A model generated the notes under the pieces. It made no database searches, was not told where the DNA came from, and saw only the letters and a program-made list of their open reading frames with translations. From Phoronis australis (Eukaryota > Animalia > Phoronida), in assembly GCA_002633005.1 (NCBI GenBank), contig NMRA01000338.1, positions 223,575-287,574 on the forward strand: 64,000 nucleotides of DNA, written 5' to 3'. Below are positions 52,401 to 64,000 of this stretch, one piece after another (the stretch's first letter is position 1; each line of letters begins with the position of its first letter). Made by a program: the position numbers and the translations under genes.

Positions 52401-55400
52401 ACCCCGAACTGCCAAATGGAATCTGGGAGAATTTTAGGGGGGCATGGCCCCCTTCTAAATCCTCCACTGCTTTTAGATTGTGCAGTACTCAAATTTCATG
52501 GACCTAAAGCTTGAATCCAACAATCTAGGAGCCAACTAGACCCCAGTCTTTGAAACCACAAGACCAACAAATAAACATGTGTATACTACGCGTAATACAC
52601 ATGTACACGTACACTTCCCAATCAGGTGATGCGTCTGACAGCGCATTGCCTACATCTGCGCATTGATCTTCGGTTAACAAGCTTGTCATAGTCTACTTTT
52701 ATCAAGTGAGTAATCGAGTATGTAACACATAGGTATATCATACACTGACTTGGCTCTTGAAGTAGTGCACCTATTCGAAAACATGTAGCGACCAAGACCA
52801 TGAAATGTATACTCTATTTTGCGCGTTAATAAATAATTGCTCTATACGTCACTTCCGGCATAAGAAAAACGTGGTTATGGGTCAGTTGACCCACACGGTC
52901 TCTAATGTGTGGGTCAATTTGGATGACCTTTGGATCATCTATACATTTTATCTCCTTTCTGGGAGTGACATTTTCTCGAGTATTTTTTAAAATAATTGCA
53001 GGCGGTCGGATACACGTTGTATCAGACGTGCGCAGGACGCGCATATGTGGGCCCATTGCACTGGTCACCTGGAACAATTTTTATGCGTTATTAATATATA
53101 GTTAAAACTAAGCTAAGGAGCTATAAACCTGACTCAAGGGCTTAGCAGTGTAACCCACAGTAGGACTCGAACCCATGACATCAATCACAGTAGGCCACAC
53201 TGCCTCCTTGAATATGATTTTGTTTGGTATATAATAAGCTACATGAGTAGTGATTGGTCTAACCGTTATCCTCTGTGAATCTGCATTTCAATCTGTAATA
53301 CCACAATACACAGCTAACTATATGATTTTTTGGTCATCGATACATAAGTTGATCAGCTGCTCTGCTTTCTTAGCATCTGAATGGCATGCACAAGACAAAA
53401 CAAGCATGATTGCGACAAAAATTAAATTGTACTAAAGAGACATGGAACGCGAAAATTAATAACAGTAACTTTTAACCAGATCGTGGTGAATCTACTTATT
53501 GGGGATGCTAACGTGAGAGATATTCACTTTAAATATTGCAAGAATTTCTAGAAAAAATTGTCAGATTCACTATTTTTGAAGCACAGAGGGAATATAAACT
53601 CTTTCATTCGATGGTTTTCAGCAGAAATTCAAAATCTTTACGAACAAGCCTTAAAAATGTAAGGTGAAAAGTTTGACTTCTGTTTTAGTGGCAGAGATAA
53701 TGCAATTTGCTGTTTTTCGCGTTCTATGTCACTTGAATATGCACCCAATGACCCATGTTAAGCAATCATAATGGGACGCGCTCCTGATGCCACCCCTGCT
53801 CCTGCATTTTGGTAGTCACGGATATCCAATGAATTAACTGGGGGTAGGGATGAAATACTCAGAGGTGTCAGGTGTGAAAGGTAAGTATGAAACTGTCTCA
53901 CTAACGAAATGTACTGTAGTCACCCGAAATGATCCAGTACTAATATGATTTGTTCATGTCAATTTACGCAATAGGGTGGTTACAGAATAGAGTTGCTCTC
54001 AGCTGATGAGACAGTTACACATCGCCTGTTTCCCGCATGGGCGGAACCAGAGCCTGAGTCAACACCGCTGCCCGCAGCAACGCCGGAGACGTCACCGGAA
54101 CCAGAGTCGACAGCAGAACCAGAGCCAAGCTCTAAGTCAGCAGCTGGCCCCTGGGCTAATTCTTTAGATTCCACGTACGTTACTAAGCTGTAGCTTACTT
54201 TTGCGTCGTAACTATAATACTTCGTTTTTAGAAAAGTAACCACACATCCAGTCCATGGACCTAGGAGCAATATACATAAATATGTCCTCAATGCCGAAGC
54301 AGCCACATTTGTGTCGGTAGAGAAGTAGGTATTGTACCGTTCTTAGTGGGTTTTACCTGGCAGTCCACACGTCACTGGACTTGCTGCGTTTCTTCCACTC
54401 TGATGTTGAAAACTCTGTGACAAAATGAAAAGTTGTGTCTCGCTTCGCGGCGAAACCATTGCACGCGATAAAAGAAACTTTATTCGTTCTTATTTTTTGG
54501 CCCTTTCACTCCCACCAAAAAGGAAGTGAAGTTTAGAATAAAAGTGGCAAAAAAGGGAAGTAGACTGTTTTCATCCCAAAACATCTTCTTTCCTTCACCG
54601 CAATGCTAACTAAACACAAGTCAACACCAGATTCTGAAAACAAATTTCCTACAGATTCCAAAAACATGGTCCACAAGTGCTGCTATTCTCTTAATTTTTT
54701 TAAAAATGTTGAGTTGATTGAGGGCTACCTGAAATCGCAACAGATTTATCAGTCGCAGCAAGAATGCTATGGAAGTCCTTCATTTTGAAGAAAAGTGTAT
54801 CTGAGGTCGATTTTGTGCACTTTTCTTATCCCCAACCTGTTTACAAATGTAAACAAACCAAAACTAGATTCACTGAACCTAGTAATGCCTACCTTAAAAC
54901 TGCGCCACACTGGACCTACTTCAAATATTTAATTTATTGGCAGTGTAAATTGCCCGCGGCTACAGTCTAACTGTACAGTGCCACGAAATGTCGAGCAGAT
55001 CACGCCATTTGGCGGTCGGCAGCGTCATTTTCAACCTTTCAGTGAACACTTTGCGTACAATACATAAACGTCCTTGTATACGGGTACCTTGTATTTGAAT
55101 AGTCCAAAGCTCGAGTATTGCTGAATAGTTTCATTTGGTTGGAAGAGTAGTAATTTCTTTTTTCACAGCCAGTAAGAACATATTTACCCTTGACAGTTTT
55201 CGGCTCCCATCAATTACCATCTTCCGAAATTATTGCACGCTTGGTGGCGTGGTGATGAGGCTGTTCCAAATTTTGGACATCGTGTAACCTCCGTCATCCC
55301 TGTTCATGACTGATCCACTCAATCTGGGTCAGGAAAAGTGGATCAGTCATGAACAGGGCCGATGGAGGTTATAAGTTGTACAAAATTTGAAACAGCCTGA

Positions 55401-58400
55401 TCACCACGCCACCTAGCGTCCAATAACTTCGGAAGATGGCAGCTGATAGGAGCCGAAACTGTCAAGGGTAAATATGTTCTTACTGGTTGTTAAAAAAGAA
55501 ACTAGTACTCATAAAACTCGAGTAATCGAAATTTGTATACAAGTTTTCAGATTCGATTTTGTGTTTGAAAGTCCTATACGAAATATAGTATGAATATAAC
55601 TGATTGAGAATGGAGCGAAAAAATGAATATAATGCAGTACACTCACAGGACTCTTCAGTTCGGAAAGTGTTGATAAGTGATATAGGCTAATCCACTCACA
55701 CCTCTTTATTTGATCAAGAAACAAAGAATAACGAATAGGTATTGTTCATCCATCTCCCGTTTTGAAAGAACATAAAATCGTTCACACTCTACTTCATTTG
55801 ACAAGTGGAACATATTTTTATTAAAAGATCGAGTGGGAACAAGTGTCTTTACATTTCGACTACTGGAACGTATACGAAAAATCGGTGTGTGTAGATAGTG
55901 CTTAAATGTACTATATATTTCCTTTGACTACTCTTTTGTTTCTACATTAGACGACTGGTACAGAGTGTGACGTTACCAGAAGGGTTTACCTGCCAACGCT
56001 GTGTGCTTCGACTACTTCGCCAGGCCGTTGAATGGGGACGGGGATATGTTTTCAGAAGTTGTGCCGACATCAAAGTAGTGTCAGGTAACCTCAACAGGGG
56101 GCGTTGTCATCGGAGGAATGGGAACGGATTGAAGGTTGAAAAATGGAAGTTCTGAAGGGTGAATGGAACCTAGCAGTGTATCGGAAAATGTATGGAGTTG
56201 AAGTCACGTGCTGTAGAACGATTTATTAGTTTTATGGCCACTCATGTTTGACTGAAATCCAGTGAAACGACAGGTAGAGCGTATGTAAACATGCATACAC
56301 TGTAAGAATTTTCTCGTTTTATTTTTATTAAATTGTTCTTTTATGTCCTGTTTTCAGTTCCGATGGACACGCGGGACTGCTCAAATCAAGGTTCTTTTAC
56401 TCAAGGAAAATGTCGATGCAATAGGTTATACTCTGGGTCGAACTGTGAAAACAAGGGTGAGTTTTCAAATTGGTTTATCATACAATCCCTCTTGAAACAG
56501 ATCTATGTGCCACCAGCGCCGGATGTGGGATGTCGCAAGGGGGAAAGTCATCATGCTTCAAAGGTAATAACGTAACGATACTTCGGTCGCTGGGCTCTCT
56601 GCATACGCCTATGGTCACCACCGCGTTCTATTAGCATCCACCACCACCACCACCATCCCACATTAACTTCGTCATCATAACCATGGTCGTCGTAGTCACC
56701 GGCGTCTTTGCTATCGTTATCAGAGTTTGTCTATTGGCACTGCGTGTGAGAACTGACTATCCAACCCAGTGTCTCGAAACAAGAGTGTGATTACAAAAGC
56801 AGAAATTTATTTTTGAGGGAATAATCAGCTTGCTAGATTTAGAGATGAATAATTTTTGCTCATGATATCGAAAACTAATTGACGATTGAATGAATGCGTT
56901 GTGTGTGTGTTTATTTATGACTTAGAATGTACAGCTGTTTGAGTTATTAATGCATGAAAACAGCCGCATGATGTAGTCATCCTGCTTATATTCACCAAAT
57001 GTTGTCACATTCTGGATATACGGCACACCCATTAGATAAATAGTCAGTGAAGCATTTTGCAAGCCGAGAACTTGTCCAGTTAGAAAGATAAGTCCTAACA
57101 AGCTGGGCAAAATGTAATGACCGTCTAATACCTGATCATCACTTAGAAGAAAATTTATTATTTCAAAAAATTCTTTTTATTTCTAGACGAATGTCTTCTG
57201 GATTCTGACTGCGGTGGCCACGGGGTTTGCAGATCAGTGGACACCACGTTCTATCCAAAGAAACAATGCTACTGTTCCCCCGGCTGGTTCGGGGAAAACT
57301 GCGCTATGGGTACGTAGTAGTGGTAGTGGTAGAGTAACTGGTAGTGAACGTGATAGTGGTAGTAGTATATTGTTTATTTAAGTGACATGTGCTTGAATTG
57401 AAACAATTAATTCAGAATTTAAAATCACACCTAGCCCGTTGGGCTCATGTGACACTGGTTACATAGTAATGTATAAACACCTCTTGCATTAAAAAAGTGC
57501 TTGACATGAACATAAACAGAAAGATCCCTGAACAAATTAATCTAAGCTTATGTATAGCAGAAAAATTCAAAAAAGTGGAATGCAAGTTGCTGGCCTCATT
57601 ATATAGTTGACTACATAAGTCGTGACACAAAATGCTAAAATTCCACAGCACTGAGACCACATAAGCGACATAACGTATTTTCTGGTTCAATATTAGTGCA
57701 CCTTCCAACCTCATTTCCAATGTAAGAATTCCTAATTATCGAAACACCTCGTTATTTTATTTAAGCAATCTCAAGGTTCGTTTGATAAAAATTTCTTTAA
57801 TTTTCAGAATCGTCGTTGTCTACTGTGGACGTCGACTTCAAGACATACCAGTTTGCTAACGTTGTGAAAGGGACTCATCAGTTGTTCTGGAAACATATTG
57901 CAAAGGTAAAGAAAACCAAACGATCCTGTACATGTAGCTAATTTGTTAAACACTGCTCTTAAACGTCAAGTAGGGCCTACATGTAGCCTACCGTGGCAAA
58001 GCCTACTCTTGATAATACATGACGATTACATGACATTGTGAACCTGAACTCAATTAGTCATTACTCAAATTACCGCTGATCTCTGGGATTGAAAAGGATT
58101 TGCAACTGGGTTCCACGAATGACTTGTCACAGCGGGTGATTCCGTGCGCCGAGCATGAGTAAAGAGATGGTAAACTGTCAGTAGTCATTCTAAGCCCTGA
58201 AAGCATTACTGATCTGATAAAGGACAATGTGAGACCGGGCGTGCGTTCAGTAGACGCTAGGACCTACGCTAGGACCTACGCTAGGACCTAGCTAAAGTCT
58301 AGTCAAGGTCACGTGTTTTTATTTAAAATACACGGGAATATCTCACGTAATCTCGCGAAGTCTTGCTTTTTAGCGAGGTCCTAGCGTTACTGAACGGAAG

Positions 58401-61400
58401 GCGGTTTTATAGCGGTGTGCGACCCAAATCAAAATTCCGTTTTTAGCGGAACGGATATCGTGCAACAGCTTAGGATAATGATTATGGTGACAACTCTAAA
58501 CCATTCCAAAAAACCTCATGTGAACTCAGTATTAAAAATAAACGACGTATTTCTTAATAGCGCTTGTTCTAATTCTCATAGGATCAAGAAGTTGAAGTCA
58601 TAATGAGAGTAAAAACAAACACTTGGGTTGGAATTGGTTGGCGGCCAAAGAGTCTAACAAACGCTTGTAGGAATTTTCCTCTTTCTATCGGCTCGCCAAT
58701 GGCTGAGCCCGTGTCTACCGCAGAGCCGGAATCCACTTCTGAACCAGAAAGCACGGCTGAACCGGAGTCAACTGCTGAGCCGGAATCCACGGCCGAACCC
58801 AAATCGACAGCTGAACCGGAATCCACGGCCGAACCCAAATCGACAGCTGAACCGGAATCCACGGCCGAACCCAAATCGACAGCTGAACCGGAATCCACGG
58901 CCGAACCCAAATCGACAGCTGAACCGGAATCCACGGCCGAACCCAAATCGACAGCTGAACCGGAATCCACGGCCGAACCCAAATCGACAGCTGAACCGGA
59001 ATCCACGGCCGAACCCAAATCGACAGCTGAACCGGAATCCACGGCCGAACCCAAATCGACAGCTGAACCGGAATCCACGGCCGAACCCAAATCGACAGCT
59101 GAACCGGAATCCACGGCCGAACCCAAATCGACAGCTGAACCGGAATCCACGGCCGAACCCAAATCGACAGCTGAACCGGAATCCACGGCCGAACCCAAAT
59201 CGACAGCTGAACCGGAATCCACGGCCGAACCCAAATCGACAGCTGAACCGGAATCCACGGCCGAACCCAAATCGACAGCTGAACCGGAATCCACGGCCGA
59301 ACCCAAATCGACAGCTGAACCGGAATCCACGGCCGAACCCAAATCGACAGCTGAACCGGAATCCACGGCCGAACCCAAATCGACAGCTGAACCGGAATCC
59401 ACGGCCGAACCCAAATCGACAGCTGAACCGGAATCCACGGCCGAACCCAAATCGACAGCTGAACCGGAATCCACGGCCGAACCCAAATCGACAGCTGAAC
59501 CGGAATCCACGGCCGAACCCAAATCGACAGCTGAACCGGAATCCACGGCCGAACCCAAATCGACAGCTGAACCGGAATCCACGGCCGAACCCAAATCGAC
59601 AGCTGAACCGGAATCCACGGCCGAACCCAAATCGACAGCTGAACCGGAATCCACGGCCGAACCCAAATCGACAGCTGAACCGGAATCCACGGCCGAACCC
59701 AAATCGACAGCTGAACCGGAATCCACGGCCGAACCCAAATCGACAGCTGAACCGGAATCCACGGCCGAACCCAAATCGACAGCTGAACCGGAATCCACGG
59801 CCGAACCCAAATCGACAGCTGAACCGGAATCCACGGCCGAACCCAAATCGACAGCTGAACCGGAATCCACGGCCGAACCCAAATCGACAGCTGAACCGGA
59901 ATCCACGGCCGAACCCAAATCGACAGCTGAACCGGAATCCACGGCCGAACCCAAATCGACAGCTGAACCGGAATCCACGGCCGAACCCAAATCGACAGCT
60001 GAACCGGAATCCACGGCCGAACCCAAATCGACAGCTGAACCGGAATCCACGGCCGAACCCAAATCGACAGCTGAACCGGAATCCACGGCCGAACCCAAAT
60101 CGACAGCTGAACCGGAATCCACGGCCGAACCCAAATCGACAGCTGAACCGGAATCCACGGCCGAACCCAAATCGACAGCTGAACCGGAATCCACGGCCGA
60201 ACCCAAATCGACAGCTGAACCGGAATCCACGGCCGAACCCAAATCGACAGCTGAACCGGAATCCACGGCCGAACCCAAATCGACAGCTGAACCGGAATCC
60301 ACGGCCGAACCCAAATCGACAGCTGAACCGGAATCCACGGCCGAACCCAAATCGACAGCTGAACCGGAATCCACGGCCGAACCCAAATCGACAGCTGAAC
60401 CGGAATCCACGGCCGAACCCAAATCGACAGCTGAACCGGAATCCACGGCCGAACCCAAATCGACAGCTGAACCGGAATCCACGGCCGAACCCAAATCGAC
60501 AGCTGAACCGGAATCCACGGCCGAACCCAAATCGACAGCTGAACCGGAATCCACGGCCGAACCCAAATCGACAGCTGAACCGGAATCCACGGCCGAACCC
60601 AAATCGACAGCTGAACCGGAATCCACGGCCGAACCCAAATCGACAGCTGAACCGGAATCCACGGCCGAACCCAAATCGACAGCTGAACCGGAATCCACGG
60701 CCGAACCCAAATCGACAGCTGAACCGGAATCCACGGCCGAACCCAAATCGACAGCTGAACCGGAATCCACGGCCGAACCCAAATCGACAGCTGAACCGGA
60801 ATCCACGGCCGAACCCAAATCGACAGCTGAACCGGAATCCACGGCCGAACCCAAATCGACAGCTGAACCGGAATCCACGGCCGAACCCAAATCGACAGCT
60901 GAACCGGAATCCACGGCCGAACCCAAATCGACAGCTGAACCGGAATCCACGGCCGAACCCAAATCGACAGCTGAACCGGAATCCACGGCCGAACCCAAAT
61001 CGACAGCTGAACCGGAATCCACGGCCGAACCCAAATCGACAGCTGAACCGGAATCCACGGCCGAACCCAAATCGACAGCTGAACCGGAATCCACGGCCGA
61101 ACCCAAATCGACAGCTGAACCGGAATCCACGGCCGAACCCAAATCGACAGCTGAACCGGAATCCACGGCCGAACCCAAATCGACAGCTGAACCGGAATCC
61201 ACGGCCGAACCCAAATCGACAGCTGAACCGGAATCCACGGCCGAACCCAAATCGACAGCTGAACCGGAATCCACGGCCGAACCCAAATCGACAGCTGAAC
61301 CGGAATCCACGGCCGAACCCAAATCGACAGCTGAACCGGAATCCACGGCCGAACCCAAATCGACAGCTGAACCGGAATCCACGGCCGAACCCAAATCGAC

Positions 61401-63413
61401 AGCTGAACCGGAATCCACGGCCGAACCCAAATCGACAGCTGAACCGGAATCCACGGCCGAACCCAAATCGACAGCTGAACCGGAATCCACGGCCGAACCC
61501 AAATCGACAGCTGAACCGGAATCCACGGCCGAACCCAAATCGACAGCTGAACCGGAATCCACGGCCGAACCCAAATCGACAGCTGAACCGGAATCCACGG
61601 CCGAACCCAAATCGACAGCTGAACCGGAATCCACGGCCGAACCCAAATCGACAGCTGAACCGGAATCCACGGCCGAACCCAAATCGACAGCTGAACCGGA
61701 ATCCACGGCCGAACCCAAATCGACAGCTGAACCGGAATCCACGGCCGAACCCAAATCGACAGCTGAACCGGAATCCACGGCCGAACCCAAATCGACAGCT
61801 GAACCGGAATCCACGGCCGAACCCAAATCGACAGCTGAACCGGAATCCACGGCCGAACCCAAATCGACAGCTGAACCGGAATCCACGGCCGAACCCAAAT
61901 CGACAGCTGAACCGGAATCCACGGCCGAACCCAAATCGACAGCTGAACCGGAATCCACGGCCGAACCCAAATCGACAGCTGAACCGGAATCCACGGCCGA
62001 ACCCAAATCGACAGCTGAACCGGAATCCACGGCCGAACCCAAATCGACAGCTGAACCGGAATCCACGGCCGAACCCAAATCGACAGCTGAACCGGAATCC
62101 ACGGCCGAACCCAAATCGACAGCTGAACCGGAATCCACGGCCGAACCCAAATCGACAGCTGAACCGGAATCCACGGCCGAACCCAAATCGACAGCTGAAC
62201 CGGAATCCACGGCCGAACCCAAATCGACAGCTGAACCGGAATCCACGGCCGAACCCAAATCGACAGCTGAACCGGAATCCACGGCCGAACCCAAATCGAC
62301 AGCTGAACCGGAATCCACGGCCGAACCCAAATCGACAGCTGAACCGGAATCCACGGCCGAACCCAAATCGACAGCTGAACCGGAATCCACGGCCGAACCC
62401 AAATCGACAGCTGAACCGGAATCCACGGCCGAACCCAAATCGACAGCTGAACCGGAATCCACGGCCGAACCCAAATCGACAGCTGAACCGGAATCCACGG
62501 CCGAACCCAAATCGACAGCTGAACCGGAATCCACGGCCGAACCCAAATCGACAGCTGAACCGGAATCCACGGCCGAACCCAAATCGACAGCTGAACCGGA
62601 ATCCACGGCCGAACCCAAATCGACAGCTGAACCGGAATCCACGGCCGAACCCAAATCGACAGCTGAACCGGAATCCACGGCCGAACCCAAATCGACAGCT
62701 GAACCGGAATCCACGGCCGAACCCAAATCGACAGCTGAACCGGAATCCACGGCCGAACCCAAATCGACAGCTGAACCGGAATCCACGGCCGAACCCAAAT
62801 CGACAGCTGAACCGGAATCCACGGCCGAACCCAAATCGACAGCTGAACCGGAATCCACGGCCGAACCCAAATCGACAGCTGAACCGGAATCCACGGCCGA
62901 ACCCAAATCGACAGCTGAACCGGAATCCACGGCCGAACCCAAATCGACAGCTGAACCGGAATCCACGGCCGAACCCAAATNCTTTGTATGAGGTCGTGCT
63001 TACTTCCTCTCATAGAAGCACCCTTTTTACGCAATCTCAGATTGAGTTGGCACGGCTGCAAGCCCTTTCACCATGTATTTAAAGGGCTCGCGAAATCGAG
63101 GCTGTTACTATCACCACTAGTACACGCACGCCCTCTAGTTATTGTAGATTTTCCGAATAGCCCCATTGCTCTGTCTCAGATGAATAACGTTTTCCCATGC
63201 CTACATATTTTACAGCTACGGAGCCCCAAGACTACTCGATTGAAAACAATCCCATGCATATCATATTTGCGAGTGGCCAACAGAAAGGTGCATACACTCA
63301 TAGACAGAAATCTGGTGTTGACACGTGCGAATCGTGTGACAAAGATTTCTACAAAGAAGACGAATTGAAGTATCACGGTCTAACCAGAGGCGTATCATCG
63401 ATAAACTTTCTAG
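49251..63413 (+). CDS. Secreted His-brace (LPMO-like) domain + 2 EGF + DOMON protein with STAEPE/K repeat (partial; continues beyond window)
   Basis: Phase-consistent exons 49251-49422, 51049-51128, 53975-54174, 55951-56084, 56358-56456, 57187-57309, 57808-57905, 58582-62980(n), 63216-63413. The architecture recalls Drosophila nahoda-type DOMON proteins (recollection, not verified). Confidence 0.85.
51049..51128 (+). CDS. Exon 2 (His-brace-like domain)
   Basis: ttttag|GVAGSPVTEFRSGATINVTWHMAFPHR|gtgagt. Confidence 0.88.
52176..52385. mobile_element. hAT-type MITE remnant
   Basis: catgggcggatccaggattttgagttgggggg ... cccctgggtgcgctcatatg termini. Confidence 0.45.
52991..53200 (-). mobile_element. 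tRNA-derived SINE-like copy
   Basis: Pol III B-box GGGTTCGAGTCC on the minus strand (53163-53174); paralogous to 29484-29700. Confidence 0.65.
53975..54174 (+). CDS. Exon 3 (His-brace-like domain with EP/ST-rich insert)
   Basis: GGYRIELLSADETVTHRLFPAWAEPEPESTP...ESTAEPEP...WANSLDS ac|gtacgt. Confidence 0.88.
55145..55510. mobile_element. Fold-back palindromic element
   Basis: Arms of ~175 bp are imperfect reverse complements around a ~17-nt loop (55321-55337). Confidence 0.85.
55951..56084 (+). CDS. Exon 4 (C-terminal strands of LPMO-like fold)
   Basis: RLVQSVTLPEGFTCQRCVLRLLRQAVEWGRGYVFRSCADIKVVS g|gtaacc. Confidence 0.9.
56358..56456 (+). CDS. Exon 5 (EGF-like)
   Basis: PMDTRDCSNQGSFTQGKCRCNRLYSGSNCENK g|gtgagt. 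Confidence 0.9.
57187..57309 (+). CDS. Exon 6 (EGF-like)
   Basis: DECLLDSDCGGHGVCRSVDTTFYPKKQCYCSPGWFGENCAM g|gtacgt. Confidence 0.92.
57808..57905 (+). CDS. Exon 7 (DOMON start)
   Basis: ESSLSTVDVDFKTYQFANVVKGTHQLFWKHIAK|gtaaag. Confidence 0.85.
58232..58405 (+). mobile_element. MITE family with 12-bp acgctaggacct units (full copy)
   Basis: TIRs accgggcgtgcgttcagta / tactgaacggaaggcggt; three acgctaggacct units. Confidence 0.8.
58582..62980 (+). CDS. Exon 8 (DOMON WVGIGW strand followed by giant STAEPE/STAEPK repeat; 3' end lost at N)
   Basis: ctcatag|DQEVEVIMRVKTNTWVGIGWRPK...; open frame continues through the repeat to n at 62981. Confidence 0.8.
58777..62980 (+). repeat. 36-bp coding tandem array, ~117 units
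   Basis: Unit gaaccggaatccacggccgaacccaaatcgacagct (EPESTAEPKSTA); no visible variants from 58813 to 62980; preceded by diverged 18-bp units from ~58705. Confidence 0.97.
63216..63413 (+). CDS. Exon (DOMON C-terminal part)
   Basis: tacag|.TEPQDYSIENNPMHIIFASGQ...DFYKEDELKYHGLTRGVSSINFL g|gtaaga; I(W/F)AxG and YHG..RG motifs of DOMON. Confidence 0.85.
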
Positions 63414-63628
63414 GTAAGAATAAATCTGGCTCTACTGATTTGTTAATAAGTATTGTATAGTTTGTAATGATCAGTGGTCCAAACCAACCTGCAACTTTTA
63501 CATGCATCAAGTTTTTCAACGATCAACATTACGGCAGAACTGGCATCGATTGGCAGTTTCTGTGACAAAAGGCAACAATAAAACACAATTTTAACTTAAA
63601 AGGGCATAGGATCTGGGTAGAGTTAAGC

Positions 63629-63730
63629 AACGCTAGGACCTCGCTAAAAACCAAGACTTCGCGAGATTACAAGAGATATTTCGTAAATTTTCAATGAGAG
63701 CACGTGATTTTGGCCTGAGGCGTCCTTAGC
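63629..63730 (-). mobile_element. Partial inverted copy of the acgctaggacct MITE family
   Basis: aacgctaggacctcgctaaaaaccaagacttcgcgagattac is the reverse complement of ~58345-58388. Confidence 0.7.
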
Positions 63731-64000
63731 TTCTAATCCTTCCCAGTACACTATACAATATCACAAGGTCTGACACTCAGGTATAAGAACTCCACGGATG
63801 CTTCACTTCAGTAGTCCATATCAAAGACGCATCTCAATAAATTAACACAAAAAAGATTCATCAAACCATGAGCGATTGTTCTTTCTCCTGATAGCATCTA
63901 CAGCGTCCTGCTCCTCACTGATCAATGCATTCGGCAATAAATTTCGTTTTCAGTATGTCCAATACACGTCGCACGCCCATCTAATTGAGCTTCAGGTAAC

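Noticed and set aside
58777-62980. Possible CRISPR array (36-bp repeats)
   Set aside because: Units are head-to-tail with no spacers, in frame within a eukaryotic exon, and there are no cas genes.
58584-63061. Two >1,400-aa minus-strand ORFs (GSAVDL..., IWVRPW...)
   Set aside because: By-products of a stop-free 36-bp repeat; only the plus frame connects to spliced, domain-coding exons.

Overview
Intron-rich, AT-rich eukaryotic (invertebrate metazoan-type) genomic DNA. Most short ORFs in the supplied track are spurious, so genes were rebuilt by hand from splice sites and exon phases. (1) Minus strand: the first two coding exons of MED26 (7994-8056, 1656-1730); the rest lies left of the window. 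(2) Plus strand, head-to-head with MED26: a ~23-exon laminin alpha-like gene (10225-~37800). It appears to splice the signal peptide directly to the coiled coil with no short arm, and carries only three LG domains (LG1, LG4, LG5). (3) Plus strand from 49251 to beyond the window: a secreted protein with a predicted N-terminal His1 / histidine-brace (LPMO-like) domain, two EGF-like modules and a DOMON domain. The DOMON is interrupted by a ~4.2 kb essentially perfect 36-bp coding tandem repeat (STAEPE/STAEPK) ending at an assembly break. Introns and intergenic DNA hold many MITE/fold-back elements, a decayed BEL/Pao retrotransposon, tRNA-SINE copies, a Helentron-like element and a candidate degenerate HDV-like ribozyme. 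Assembly Ns occur at 8724, 13370-13729 and 62981.
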